A stretch of 64,000 nt of DNA from Macrostomum hystrix (taxonomy: Eukaryota; Animalia; Platyhelminthes). The position numbers and the translations under genes are program-made. The notes under the pieces were generated by a model, which made no database searches, was not told where the DNA came from, and saw nothing but the letters and a program-made list of their open reading frames with translations. Positions 50,891 through 64,000 of this stretch are shown piece by piece. Each line of letters begins with the position of its first letter. Position 1 is the stretch's first letter. The stretch lies in the NCBI GenBank assembly GCA_950097015.1, contig CATNEN010000039.1:1178001-1242000 (forward strand), in the 5' to 3' direction.

Positions 50891-52183
50891 GGTAACCAGT
50901 CGTTTTGGCCATAGCCGTTTTGGCCTCAAACCGTTTCGGCCTCAAACCATTTCAGCCACAAACCAGTTCGGCCCCAAACTCACAACATACTTATTTAAAG
51001 CAGTATTCTTACGGCTAATTTCTAATTTATTTAAGAGTTGTTAATTTTATTTGATAGGCCTAGCGACGATGGAAAGCATGAATTTGAATTTGACTTTTGC
51101 GCAGCATAAAAGTAATAAAAGAAGAGTACTTGGTATTTTGTGTACAAATTGACTGGTTCTTCCGGCCGAGCCGCTTGCCGCGCTCGTCGGCCCATCCGCT
51201 CCAAATTTCTTGGGTTGGGCAAGCTTGGAGCTTCAGCTATCAGCCTGTCAGCTTTTTCAACGAATTCATTATCAACAACGGTACTAGTAGGTTCAAATAC
51301 ATCGGCACGACACCTGTCTTTGATTTGGACCTTCATTGACACGACACAGACTGATTCTCCAGGGCTATCATGAATGTGGTCTTTTCCATTGCTAATAAAC
51401 ACTCTGTTTCGTTCCTTAACTGTTACGGGGCAAACCTGACCTGCCTTTGGATTACGCTTCGAGCAGTGGCAGTAATATTTGTCTTGGAATGACTCTTAAC
51501 TACGAAGGCGAATCCATCTGACGAGATCAGCCGCTGTTTCTCACACTTCGTCCCTCGATCAACTTTAATAAAAGTCTCTTGTCTGTTGTCTTGTAGCAGG
51601 GCTCATTCAACGGCATTGTTTGGATCAGCCATAGCAATATCGTCTTTGTCGTCATCTCCGCCGCCATCTTTGTTGCCAGCATTGTCGCCAGCATATATCA
51701 TGCCACCTCTCAGCCCCATGGAAAAATATTTTGCTGTATATCTAATTGTAAAATTAAGCAGTTATTTTATGCGCGATGGATAGCTATATGCACAGGCATT
51801 GAATTGTTGATTCTAATCAAATGACGAAAGATAACTTACAGATGTACAGCCCTTTAGGCTTCAACTCATTTTAAGGACTGCTTAAATGTACTGAAAATTA
51901 CAGACAGAACTCTTTATGTTCCATTTTCTACTATCAGTAGTCCATGTAGCATTATTATGCTCATCTGTGTTGTAAATATTGTATAAGTTGAATTCGTGCC
52001 ATAGCATCGTTGTTTAGAAAGTTAACAAAACTGAAAAAGTTGTGCCAAAAGAAGTTCCTGGACAAACAAACAATACAATAAAGCTGCTTAATAAGTATGT
52101 GGGCCGAAATGGCTATGGCCGAAACGGCTTTTGGCCGAAATGGCTATGGCCAAAACTGCGTATGGCCGAAACAACCGCAATTC
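50891..52183 (-). mobile_element. Internally deleted Mutator-like element with repeat-type TIRs and a FLYWCH-like transposase N-terminal remnant
   Basis: Inverted TTTTGGCC/GGCCGAAA arrays at the ends; remnant ...DHIHD...LPNPRNLERMGRRARQAARPEEP; clean TSD not found. Confidence 0.7.
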
Positions 52184-54130
52184 ATTTACTTGCACTTATA
52201 AAATTACTTTATTATTTCTGTAAGTACTCTTTATCAGTCTTTATCACTATTTATCCATCTTTAGTCTTCTTTATTGTTCTTTAACAATATTTCTTAAGTC
52301 TTATCACTCTTCAGTTACTCTTCAATCAATTTTCAATTATTATTCAGTCTGTCTTGGGCTTACCAGTGGATCTAGGGTTGCAACTCTCCTTTCACATTTT
52401 TCTTAATGTCTATTGAAATAACTTGAAGACAAAGACTTCTGTTGTAGGGCTAATTTAATCCTACTGCTGTTACCAAAGTTGTTGTAGGCCTCTTTCTAAT
52501 TTCTTACTAAACTCTAATTCCAATAATGCCAATCCTACTATTGTCACCAAAGTTGTTGTAGGGTTTACACTTGATTCAAATATTATCTTTATATCAATCT
52601 TATTTATGTCTCTACTTTATTTGCTTTATGCACTTTCTTATTTCATTAGGTGCAATAAAAAATGTGAATTTTAAACAAAGTATTTATTCTTTGGAAAAAA
52701 AATTTTAAGAAAGAGGCCCTATTTCAAAAGAGAGAATTTAAAGGTTTGCAAAATCCCAAAGGAAATTTTGCAAAAGCAATTCTGTGTAGTGTCTATAGCT
52801 CATAGATTTTGTGCCTCAATTACCATGGCCCTAGAAGACACAATACTTTCCTATTTTTAACCCAAAAGGTCAAGCCATCAGTTGCTTTAAGGCAAGCATC
52901 AAGCTGCTACTGGTTGATCCAGTAGTTTAGCCTTCAGGCTGAGCTGTCTGCTCTGCCAAAAGGCATGAATCTGATGAAGTGGTGATAGTGTTTTTGTTTA
53001 ATTAAGCTTTGGGTAGTTTGCTAACAAGTGAGGGGATAATTGTTTTTGGGATTATTGGTAAGCTTCCATGAGTTTATTGCAATGCTTCCATGACAATCTA
53101 TAAGATTAAAGAAATGTTCTATTCAATTATTTCAAGTAAACTATTTAAAGTTGTTTTAAAACATAGAAATGGTTTAAAGCAGCAATCAAATCAAATCAAA
53201 TATAGCTAATTGAAAACGTTTGCAGCTTTATGTAATTCCCTGAAAGGAAGCCTGTGAGAAAAAAGAATTTATTTTATAAATTAGCTCAATGGGAGAGTGA
53301 ACATTTACCTGCTTTGCTTAATCAGCCAGCTTTGGGCAGTATTTTTTATAAAAAGCAGATTAGCTAATCAAAAGGGAGTGTTGGGCACATTACCTGAAAG
53401 TTATGGTAATAATTATAAGAATTATTACTGGCCATTTGGTAACAATAAATACCAAAAAGAGTAACCATTTTTTATTGTTACTTTCTGCTTTTTACACTTT
53501 ATTATTTTTTCTAAAGATCTATTTTTATGAAGGCATGTTATTAACATGTTTTGCTTTGTTTATCAGGCATTAATCCAATAATATATTGTAATTTACAACA
53601 TCATCGATTTTTTTGACTTTATCATTATCACTCTCACTGATCTTAACCATTTTGGATTGGGTTTAGCAGTACCCATGAAGATAACAACATGGATATTTTA
53701 GATTAGATGGATGGTTTTTATGATTGATGATTATAAAATAGTTTTGTCAGAGTAAATTCACAAACTTTAGTCAGTCTATGGATTGACCAATAAATATTTC
53801 ACAAAGTTTGCAGTTCGCAACAAAACAAAAAACTTTATATCAAAATTAATGTGCTATGTTATCAATGTAAAACAAGGAAATCAAAAGATATATTTGATAA
53901 TTATATAAATTAGACAATATTTATACTAGTTATAAAAAATAAAATAGCAAAACAAATAGTTGACAGTGCTGCTAATTTCTTTATAATTATTTTGGAAGCT
54001 GGTAACCAAAACAGTTAACAAGAAATACACTCTGTTGGTAACAACTTGTTACCAGCCCATGGCAATGGGAAAAAGTAACATTGCAAAACAGAAATGATCA
54101 TTCTCAAATTGGTGCGATTATCTGCTGCAG

Positions 54131-57100
54131 GACATCAACAGCCGGGATTTGGTGTGCGGTCTGGCGCCCGACAGCCTTGAAGCCAGCCTGTTGCCACAGC
54201 CTTCACCGTCTAGCAATCAGGCAGCTCTCGCCAGCCTGCCAGCTGTGTCTGAGCCTGGCGGCCAGGAGCCAGACCTGCTGCAGCCCAACTGCGGCCCCGG
54301 CATGCGGGTCCGCTGGACTGTGGTCTGTGGCCACTGCGGCCAGGCCAGGCCGACGCTGATCCTGCCCTGTGGCCACCACTACTGCGCCGGGTGAGTGCGC
54401 CAGTTTCCCAGTTTTTTCATCCTAGGAGGGTGTCCAAAAGTCTTAGCACTTTTCACATAGCTGTTTTATTAACAGCCAGCAATAGTAACGGCAACTGCAT
54501 TTTTTGATTGATTGAATTCACGAACAGGAACTTGGAGGCTGGATATAGAGTACCAGGAAACAGTTGGTCCGCTGTCTTCCAAAAGATTTCAAATGTCTTT
54601 CTCAACATAGTCACCGAAGTTCCGCCTTACCTAACGCTGGTTCCTATTTTTTGAAACTGGCTAAACTAAAGTGTCTTGCTCGGATAAATTTTGTGTCTCT
54701 TTGGCTAAGAGTCGGAAATCCTGACCTGTTGGTCAGAATTCCAAAGCTCTAACCGTATTGGAGTACTACCCTAACCATGGTCCTGGGCTCGACTCCGGAG
54801 TTTGAGCTGTTCATTCAAGTCAGTCTTCCCGCACCCGCAGCTGCCTTCATTCTGGCCGGGCTGTCCACCTGGGCAGCGGGCTTGGCGAGGCCGCCTTCGC
54901 TTATCACTGCCGCCTCTGCCCGGAGTCCGAGTACATCCCGGCCTCCAGCGTACTTGAGAATTTCGCCGCCAAGCGCTACCTCACCAGCGGCGTCGCTTCC
55001 AAACCGGCGTCGACTTCTTCGCCGATTGACGACGAAGCAAGGCGGCTGGCTTTGCTGGGCCAGGCGGCGGCCTCCAGGCACCGGGTCCTCTCCGACTGCC
55101 ACGACCGCCTGTTGCCGGAACTGGAGGCCTCTCTGGCCGACGCTGTGGGCTCGGCCGCAGCGCGCATCGACCGCTGCTGTCAGGACTATGCCAGGTAAGC
55201 TTCGATTTTCAAAGCGATGAAGCCAGTGCGAACACATTCTCTATGGTCTTGTTTCACACCAGAATTCTAATATTCAAATCCTCACTCGCCGAGATTCTCT
55301 TCCAGACCCCCATGTCAACTATGCAGCACTTGGTGCAAAGGTCACGTGATCTAAGCGAGTCGCCCTCCCAATCCCAGATGCATACATTTTCACACGTTCA
55401 TAACAATGTCCTCATTTCAGGGAAGTGGAGAATCGCCGCGCCGAACTGCTTACCGAGCTGGCCACCTGGACTGCCGCCCTGGCCTCCGAAGTCGAGTCCG
55501 CCAGGCGCCGCCTGATGGCCGACAGGGGCACACTGGCCCGCTTGCAGGCGCTAGTGCGGGCGCACTCCGCGCTTGGAGCCTCGCCAGCTGAATTGGCCAT
55601 GCTGCTGGCCACTGTCGAGGGCCGCCTGGATGAGGTGACATGTCATGCCTTTGACTGCCTAGCTATCTGACACAGTCATACCTGACGCATCACACATATC
55701 ACACCTGACATATCGCCCATGCAACACCTGAAACATCACCCATGCAACACCTGTCACATCGCCCATGCAACACCTGTCACATCGCCCATGCAACACCTGT
55801 CACATCGCCTATACCACACTGTCATATCGCCCATGCAACACCTGTCACATCGCCCATACCACACCTGTCACATCGCCCATGCAACACCTGTCACATCGCC
55901 CATACCACACCTGTCACATCACCCATGCAACACCTGTCACATCGCCCATACCACACCTGTCACATCGCCCATACTACACCTGTCACATCGCCCATACTAC
56001 ACCTGTCACATCGCCCATACCACACCTGTCACATCGCCCATGCAACACCTGACATACGAGTATCGCCCATGCAACACCTGTCACATCGCCCATACTACAC
56101 CTGTCACATCGCCCATACCACACCTGACATATCGCCCATGCAACACCTGTCACATCGCCCATACCACACCTGTCACATCGCCCATGCAACACCTGTCACA
56201 TCGCCCATACCACACCTGTCACATCGCCCATGCAACACCTGTCACATCGCCCATACCACACCTGTCACATCGCCCATGCAACACCTGTCACATCGCCCAT
56301 ACCACACCTGACATATCGCCCATGCAACACCTGTCACATCGCCCATACCACACCTGACATATCGCCCATGCAACACCTGTCACATCGCCCATACCACACC
56401 TGTCACATCGCCCATGCAACACCTGTCACATCGCCCATACCACACCTGTCACATCGCCCATGCAACACCTGTCACATCGCCCATACCACACCTGACATAT
56501 CGCCCATGCAACACCTGTCACATCGCCCATACCACACCTGACATATCGCCCATGCAACACCTGTCACATCGCCCATACCACACCTGTCACATCGCCCATG
56601 CAACACCTGTCACATCGCCCATACCACACCTGACATATCGCCCATGCAACACCTGTCACATCGCCCATACCACACCTGTCACATCGCCCATGCAACACCT
56701 GTCACATCGCCCATACCACACCTGTCACATCGCCCATGCAACACCTGTCACATCGCCCATACCACACCTGTCACATCGCCCATGCAACACCTGAAACTTC
56801 ACCCATGCAACTCCTGACACATCGCCCATGCCACACCTGACTCCTTTGCAGATCCTGAACCGCCGCTATCCGCTGCTGCAACGCAATCCATACGATTGCA
56901 TTCGCTACGTGCAGCCAATGTCCATCCCAGCGAATGCCCACCTGCTAATGGGCAGCCTCGCCTGCAGTCCGCCTCTGCAACTGCAACAGCAGCAGCCAGT
57001 CTCTCATTCTGTTTCACCTCTTCTTGCTGCTGTTGGTGACAGAAACAATAACAACAATGGCAGCTTTGACAACAACAGCAGAATGCAAAGCATCACAGGC

Positions 57101-59550
57101 TCAATGTACAATGACAAGGAGAACATGTCCACTGCAGCCGGCGATGCCGCATGTCCCCCTGAGAAGACACTCGGTCTACAGCCGCAGCGAAAGCAGTTTT
57201 ATTTCAAATTGTGAGCGCTTTTAATCTGTCTTCAAAAATGCATGCAGTTTTCCATTAAAATTTGCCGCTACTACTTAAAAAGTAGTACAGTTTGTACTTT
57301 GCTTTAGATTACTTTTTCACAATTCTTCGAAACTCGCAGCAAGTTAAACATTGCCGGCAGCCACCAACCAAGCTGCTTGGCCTTTGCGCCATCAGGCGAG
57401 CTAATCGTGGCCGATGGACCGGCCGGCTTCGTGTACGCCTTCTGCATGACTAGCGGGAAGCAAATGTACCGCCTTGGAGTCGGTAGCCGCAGGGACAGCA
57501 TAGGAGCCGGCGGAGGCGTGTCAGCAAGTCAGCAACACACTGAGCGACTTGTACATCCTGCGCTGGTAAGTTGGCTGGGAAGTAAGTTACGGTCGTGTAT
57601 CGGTCAGATGTGTTAAGGGTGAGGTGTCAGATGTGTTAAGGGTTAAGTGTCAAGATGTTTTAAAGGTGAGGTGTCAGATGTGTTATAGGTGAGGTGTCAG
57701 ATGTGTTATAGGTGAGGTGTCAGATGTGTTATGGGTGAGGTGTCAGATGTGTTATGGGTGAGGTGTCAGATGTGTTATAGGTGAGGTGTCAGATGTGTTA
57801 TGGGTGAGGTGTCAGATGTGTTATAGGTGAGGTGTCAGATTTGTTATGGGTGAGGTGTCAGATGTGTTATGGGTGAGGTGTCAGATGTGTTATGGGTGAG
57901 GTGTCAGATGTTTTAAGGGTGAGGTGTCAGATGTTTCAAGGGTGAGGTGTCAGATGTGTTATGGGTGAGGTGTCAGATGTTTTAAGGGTGAGGTGTCAGA
58001 TGTGTTATGGGTGAGGTGTCAGATGTGTTATGGTTGAGGTGTCAGATGTTTCAAGGGTGAGGTGTCAGATGTTTTAAGGGTGAGGTGTCAGATGTTTTAT
58101 TGGTGTGGTGTCAGATGTGTTATTGGTGAGGTGTCAGATGTGTTATGGGTGAGGTGTCAGATGTGTTATTGGTGAGGTGTCAGATGTGTTATGGGTGAGG
58201 TGTCAGATGTGTTATTGGTGAGGTGTCAGATGTGTTATGGGTGAGGTGTCAGATGTGTTATGGGTGAGGTGTCAGGTGAGTGATGTATGATGCCATCTGA
58301 TGACCACCCATTCCCGCTGTCAGGTGGCAGTGCACCGTGGCTCAGGCAGCATTGTAGTGTGCGACACCGGCCCGCCGACTGTCCGCCTGCTGTTGTATGC
58401 CTTCCACGGCTTCCGCCAAATGAAGCAATTTGGCGTTGAGTCTCAGCTGCACGCGCCGCGCTGCCTCTGCTTCGATGTGAACGGTCGCGTCCTGGTGATT
58501 GATCGGCCCCGTCTGCCGCGTGCTGCCCACCGAGACCGTCGGTCAGCCGGTTCGCAGGCCTTCCGGGCGGTGCTGTTCAACCCCGGCTGCCAGCTGCTCA
58601 CCACCTTCTTCTGCGCCGGACTCTCTGCACCCACCGGCGCCGCTGTTGACGACCTGTACAGGCTCTTTGTGAGCGACCGCTGCGGAGACTTTGGCTGCGT
58701 CATTGTGAGTTAAAGGCTCTGTTACTGAGATAATCACAAGTTATCTAATCCCAGTCTAGTTACTGCTCATGAGAACATGTGTCTATTTTATTTGCAGACC
58801 TTTTGTATAGTACCGGTGTCTGTTCATAGTACCCGAGTCTGTTTATAGTACCCGAGTCTGTTTATAGTACCTGAGTCTGTTTATAGTACCAGAGTCTGTT
58901 CATAGTACCCGAGTCTGTTTATAGTACCCGAGTCTGTTTATAGTACCCGAGTCTGTTTATAGTACCTGAGTCTGTTTATAGTACCAGAGTCTGTTCATAG
59001 TACCCGAGTCTGTTTATAGTACCAGAGTCTGTTTATAGTACCTGAGTCTGTTTATGATTCAGGAACGTGTGGGGGCTTTTGCAGTGCCTTTCTCTGTTTA
59101 TAGCGCCCAGGTTCTCCATTGCATCCTAGTCGCAAATCCTAGTAAAATTTTTGATTTGCCTCTCCTGATGTATTTCTAGCGAATGCCGCCCTATTTTGCT
59201 GCCTCACCTGTGCGCAGGTGTACAACTATGCCGGCGATTGCCTAGGCAAGCTGAGCTGCCTCCCCGGCCTCCCAAGCAGACCCTGCGGCGTCACGGTTCG
59301 CCACACCGACGGCGCGGCTGTTTTAGTCGGCTCCGGCAGGCGCCATGGCAGCCCGGTTATTGCGGCTCTGGCTCTGGACTGCGACGCCAGTCACGGCGGT
59401 TTGCGCGCTGCCGTGCTGCAGTCAGTTGAACTGGCGCTGCCTCCGCCAGTCGACGCAGCCGCCTCGATCGAGCATTTCGCTCTGAGCGAAGCCGGGCATC
59501 TGGCTCTGCTGGACAGCGCCAGCGGAGTCCATGTGTTTAGCCTGGCCTAG
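54131..59550 (+). CDS. RING (C3HC4) - coiled coil - NHL-repeat protein (TRIM-NHL-like E3 ligase); 5' exon(s) not located
   Basis: Spliced RING CGHC...LPCGHHYCAG|CL...CRLC (54131-54391, 54841-55194); helical exon 55421-55634; NHL-like PSCLAFAPSGELIVAD, PRCLCFDVNGRVLVID, PTGAAVDDLYRLFVSD. Confidence 0.75.
55700..56835. repeat. Intronic 23-bp minisatellite (ATCGCCCATGCAACACCTGTCAC)
   Basis: Tandem units visible. Confidence 0.95.
57603..58280. repeat. Intronic 23-bp minisatellite (GGTGAGGTGTCAGATGTGTTATG)
   Basis: Tandem units visible. Confidence 0.95.
58807..59055. repeat. Intronic 19-bp minisatellite (ATAGTACCCGAGTCTGTTT)
   Basis: Period 19. Confidence 0.92.
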
Positions 59551-60224
59551 CGCGGCTGATTTGCTGACATTTCTACTCACCGCAGTAGTGTAGTGCGGGT
59601 TGGCTGCTTAGTTTTCAGGTCGCGCGAATTTTTTGCGGAATATTAAGTTCTTCAGCAAGTGAAGATTTATGCATTATTAACGGTATGAGCACTGCATGAG
59701 CTCATAACTTACAATCTGACTAATGCACTTTTCTGCTCAATATGCCTGTATTTACACTGAATTTATATACTCCGTTGACGCCACCGACAAGCTCTTCAGT
59801 TTGAGAGCAATTTTTTCACAACCTTTGCCATCTTTTTGAACCGATTTCATTGTACTTATTTCTTGATCCGCTCATATTCAGCAGCTGATAAGCAGCTGTG
59901 CTCAACTGCTTTTCTTTGCCTTAAATTATTCTGTGAATTTCTAGGCGCTCAATTCTGGCCCTTGTCCTGTAAATTTCACCGCTTTTAGCACATTTTTACC
60001 TATTTTTCTGCTTCTTACTAAACTCGGCCCGCGCCGTTGCTTTGCCTCCGCTTTGCTCGCTGCACCGCCTGAGCTGCATTTTAGTTGCATGCATGAGCAC
60101 ATTGGCCTAGTTGCCTGATCCTCTGGCTTTTCCCTTCTCCTTGGGATAAATCGATTGCAAATATTTACTTATGTCTTCGATGCCCTGTTTTTCTCGTAAT
60201 AAGTATTTTCCCATTTCTTTAATA

Positions 60225-60595
60225 TTCCCTAATCCCTAGAATATTTCTTAATTCCCAGAATATTTTCCAATAAAAAGAATTCCAATTCCTAGAGTATTTC
60301 CCAATTCCTAGAATATTTCCCAATAAAAATAATTCCAATTCCTAGAATATTTCTTTATAATTAGTTCCTTATAGTTCCTAAAAATTTTCACCTCTGCTTG
60401 AACGTTCCCTATTCCTAGAATATCTCCCTATTCCTAGAAGATCTCCCTATTTCTAGAATGTCTACCTAGTCCTAGAATATCTCCCTATTCCTAGAAGATC
60501 TCCCTATTCCTAGAATATCTCCCTATTCCTAGAATATCTCCCTATTCCTAGAATATCTCCCTATTCCGAGAATATCTCCCTATTCCTAGAATATT
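60225..60595. repeat. Degenerate 19-bp repeat (ATTCCTAGAATATCTCCCT)
   Basis: Tandem units, cleanest at 60406-60592. Confidence 0.85.
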
Positions 60596-61039
60596 GCTAT
60601 TCACACTTAAGTATTTCCTCTGGCTGTATTTTATCCAGTTCCTATAATGAAAATTAATTGTTTTCTGACTGCCCGATTGGTAAACGGTCCGAGTCCCTCA
60701 AAGCATAGAAACTGTTGCTTGCAAGTGTTGCTCTACGCAACTCCAAAGTGTCTATAAATGTTTAAAAGTACCACATTTTTCTGGCAGCATTTTTCGCCCT
60801 GCTCATCGGCCTTTTTATTTTTGTTTACTCGCTTATTGGAACATCTCTTTGGTAGCTGCAGCAGTCAAGATTTAAACCGTTTTCTGTGCTAATCCACTGC
60901 TTCTTGCTTTTAGTTCCCGAAAGAAGCATTTTTTTACTTTGTTTTCGCGGGTTTGCATGAATTCCGCTCCTGTAGCCACGTGAGTCATCGCGATTTGAGC
61001 ATTGGGAGGCCTGATGATTGTGGGGTTTGGGAGTGTATG

Positions 61040-63454
61040 GGTAATGGGATTTGAATGTTTGGGAGGCTTAGAGTAATGGGATCTGAATGTCTGGGAAGCT
61101 TAGAGTAATGGGATCTGAATGTCTGGGAAGCTTAGAGTAATGGGATCTGAATGTCTGGGAAGCTTAGAGTAATGGGATTTGAATGTTTGGGAGGCTTAGA
61201 GTAATGGGATCTGAATGTCTGGGAAGCTTAGAGTAATGGGATCTGAATGTCTGGGAAGCTTAGAGTAATGGGATCTGAATGTCTGGGAAGCTTAGAGTAA
61301 TGGGATTTGAATGTTTGGGAGGCTTAGAGTAATGGGATCTGAATGTCTGGGAAGCTTAGAGTAATGGGATCTGAATGTCTGGGAAGCTTAGAGTAATGGG
61401 ATCTGAATGTCTGGGAGGCTTAGAGTAATGGGATTTGAATGTCCGGGAAGCTTAGAGTAATGGGATCTGAATGTCTGGGAAGCTTAGAGTAATGGGATCT
61501 GAATGTCTGGGAAGCTTAGAGTAATGGGATTTGAATGTCTGGGAAGCTTAGAGTAATGGGATTTGAATGTCTGGGAAGCTTAGAGTAATGGGATTTGAAT
61601 GTCTGGGAAGCTTAGAGTAATGGGATCTGAATGTCTGGGAAGCTTAGAGTAATGGGATCTGAATGTCTGGGAAGCTTAGAGTAATGGGATCTGAATGTCT
61701 GGGAAGCTTAGAGTAATGGGATCTGAATGTCTGGGAAGCTTAGAGTAATGGGATCTGAATGTCTGGGAAGCTTAGAGTAATGGGATCTGAATGTCTGGGA
61801 AGCTTAGAGTAATGGGATTTGAATGTCCGGGAAGCTTAGAGTAATGGGATCTGAATGTCTGGGAAGCTTAGAGTAATGGGATCTGAATGTCTGGGAAGCT
61901 TAGAGTAATGGGATTTGAATGTCTGGGAAGCTTAGAGTAATGGGATTTGAATGTCTGGGAAGCTTAGAGTAATGGGATTTGAATGTCTGGGAAGCTTAGA
62001 GTAATGGGATCTGAATGTCTGGGAAGCTTAGAGTAATGGGATCTGAATGTCTGGGAAGCTTAGAGTAATGGGATTTGAATGTCTGGGAAGCTTAGAGTAA
62101 TGGGATTTGAATGTCTGGGAAGCTTAGAGTAATGGGATCTGAATGTCTGGGAAGCTTAGAGTAATGGGATCTGAATGTCTGGGAAGCTTAGAGTAATGGG
62201 ATTTGAATGTCCGGGAAGCTTAGAGTAATGGGATCTGAATGTCTGGGAAGCTTAGAGTAATGGGATCTGAATGTCTGGGAAGCTTAGAGTAATGGGATTT
62301 GAATGTCTGGGAAGCTTAGAGTAATGGGATTTGAATGTCTGGGAAGCTTAGAGTAATGGGATTTGAATGTCTGGGAAGCTTAGAGTAATGGGATCTGAAT
62401 GTCTGGGAAGCTTAGAGTAATGGGATCTGAATGTCTGGGAAGCTTAGAGTAATGGGATCTGAATGTCTGGGAAGCTTAGAGTAATGGGATCTGAATGTCT
62501 GGGAAGCTTAGAGTAATGGGATCTGAATGTCTGGGAAGCTTAGAGTAATGGGATCTGAATGTCTGGGAAGCTTAGAGTAATGGGATCTGAATGCCTGGGA
62601 GGCTTAGAGTAATGGGATTTGAATGTCTGGGAAGCTTAGAGTAATGGGATCTGAATGTCTGGGAAGCTTAGAGTAATGGGATCTGAATGTCTGGGAAGCT
62701 TAGAGTAATGGGATCTGAATGTCTGGGAAGCTTAGAGTAATGGGATCTGAATGTCTGGGAAGCTTAGAGTAATGGGATCTGAATGTCTGGGAAGCTTAGA
62801 GTAATGGGATCTGAATGTCTGGGAAGCTTAGAGTAATTGGATCTGAATGTCTGGGAAGCTTAGAGTAATGGGATCTGAATGTCTGGGAAGCTTAGAGTAA
62901 TGGGATTTGAATGTCTGGGAAGCTTAGAGTAATGGGATTTGAATGTCTGGGAAGCTTAGAGTAATGGGATCTGAATGTCTGGGAAGCTTAGAGTAATGGG
63001 ATCTGAATGTCTGGGAAGCTTAGAGTAATGGGATTTGAATGTCTGGGAAGCTTAGAGTAATGGGATTTGAATGTCTGGGAAGCTTAGAGTAATGGGATTT
63101 GAATGTCTGGGAAGCTTAGAGTAATGGGATCTGAATGTCTGGGAAGCTTAGAGTAATGGGATCTGAATGTCTGGGAAGCTTAGAGTAATGGGATCTGAAT
63201 GTCTGGGAAGCTTAGAGTAATGGGATCTGAATGTCTGGGAAGCTTAGAGTAATGGGATCTGAATGTCTGGGAAGCTTAGAGTAATGGGATCTGAATGCCT
63301 GGGAGGCTTAGAGTAATGGGATTTGAATGTCTGGGAAGCTTAGAGTAATGGGATCTGAATGTCTGGGAAGCTTAGAGTAATGGGATCTGAATGCCTGGGA
63401 GGCTTAGAGTAATGGGATTTGAATGTCTGGGAAGCTTAGAGTAATGGGATTTGA
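61040..63454. repeat. 32-bp tandem satellite, ~75 copies
   Basis: GAATGTCTGGGAAGCTTAGAGTAATGGGATCT, period 32. Confidence 0.97.
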
Positions 63455-64000
63455 AAAAATGATTAGGAAGCCCTTGCATTTGTTGGTGCTGATTCGTATA
63501 GCCAACAATGGGGGCTATCAGGTGCGGAACTCACCTCTCCCTCGGCTGTTTAAAGCGTGCCTGCTGCTCCTGTACTTGGCTTTCTTCGCTGCTTAATCGA
63601 ATTTCGTCATGCCGTGTTGCTGACTGACGCACCGCAATCATTTGTTTTATTTTTAACCAAGAACTTCATCACCACTTTTCACTGTTTTTCTAGCAAATTA
63701 TTTTTCTGCCTAACATCTTTTTGATAAAATTTATTATATTTAGCTGAGAAATGCATTTCTCTGGTTTTTCATGGACGAAAAAAAATTGGAGATTAAGGCT
63801 TGCGAATTGCCTTTTGAAACCGAAATCCAGTTTGCTGATGACTTTCTGAGACCTGGCTTCTCTGACAGCCTCTTTACTTGCGGAAGGACTTCAGCCATCT
63901 GAAACCTAGTGCTGTGTTTTCTCTAGTTGTTATGGGCATTGCCCTGTAGTTCTGGTATATTCTTTAGTTGCTATGGTCATTTCCCTGCAGTTGTAGTGTA

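Noticed and set aside
50882-52192. TSD for the Mutator-like remnant
   Set aside because: Flanks share only TTTACT; no clean 8-9 bp duplication

Overview
Repeat-rich eukaryotic (invertebrate animal) DNA with GC-rich spliced exons and many minisatellites. The style is reminiscent of a free-living flatworm such as Macrostomum, but that is an impression only. The window is dominated by nested DNA transposons whose ends and target-site duplications (TSDs) can be read directly. The outer layer is a THAP9/P-element (11422-42937, 23-bp TIRs, 8-bp TSD CTTTGCCC). It is split by a 27.9-kb Kyakuja-Dileera-Zisupton (KDZ)-type element (11560-39455, ~80-bp subterminal inverted repeats, TSD GATAGTGG). The KDZ-type element carries a spliced CxC/KDZ transposase pseudogene, a convergent HMG-box-like gene and ~850-bp internal inverted repeats. 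It also holds intron-containing host fragments (CLIC; SAM-methyltransferase), a CMC/EnSpm element, a MULE MITE, a SINE, a mariner fragment and satellites. Either side of this nest sit two paralogous genes for an unusual class-I SAM methyltransferase + Q/E-rich helical repeat + Cys-rich CaaX tail. A 55-bp P-element excision-type footprint lies beside the P insertion. The right part of the window holds a PAN-like/ALK-LTK glycine-rich gene, a MULE remnant, a RING-coiled coil-NHL gene and further satellites.
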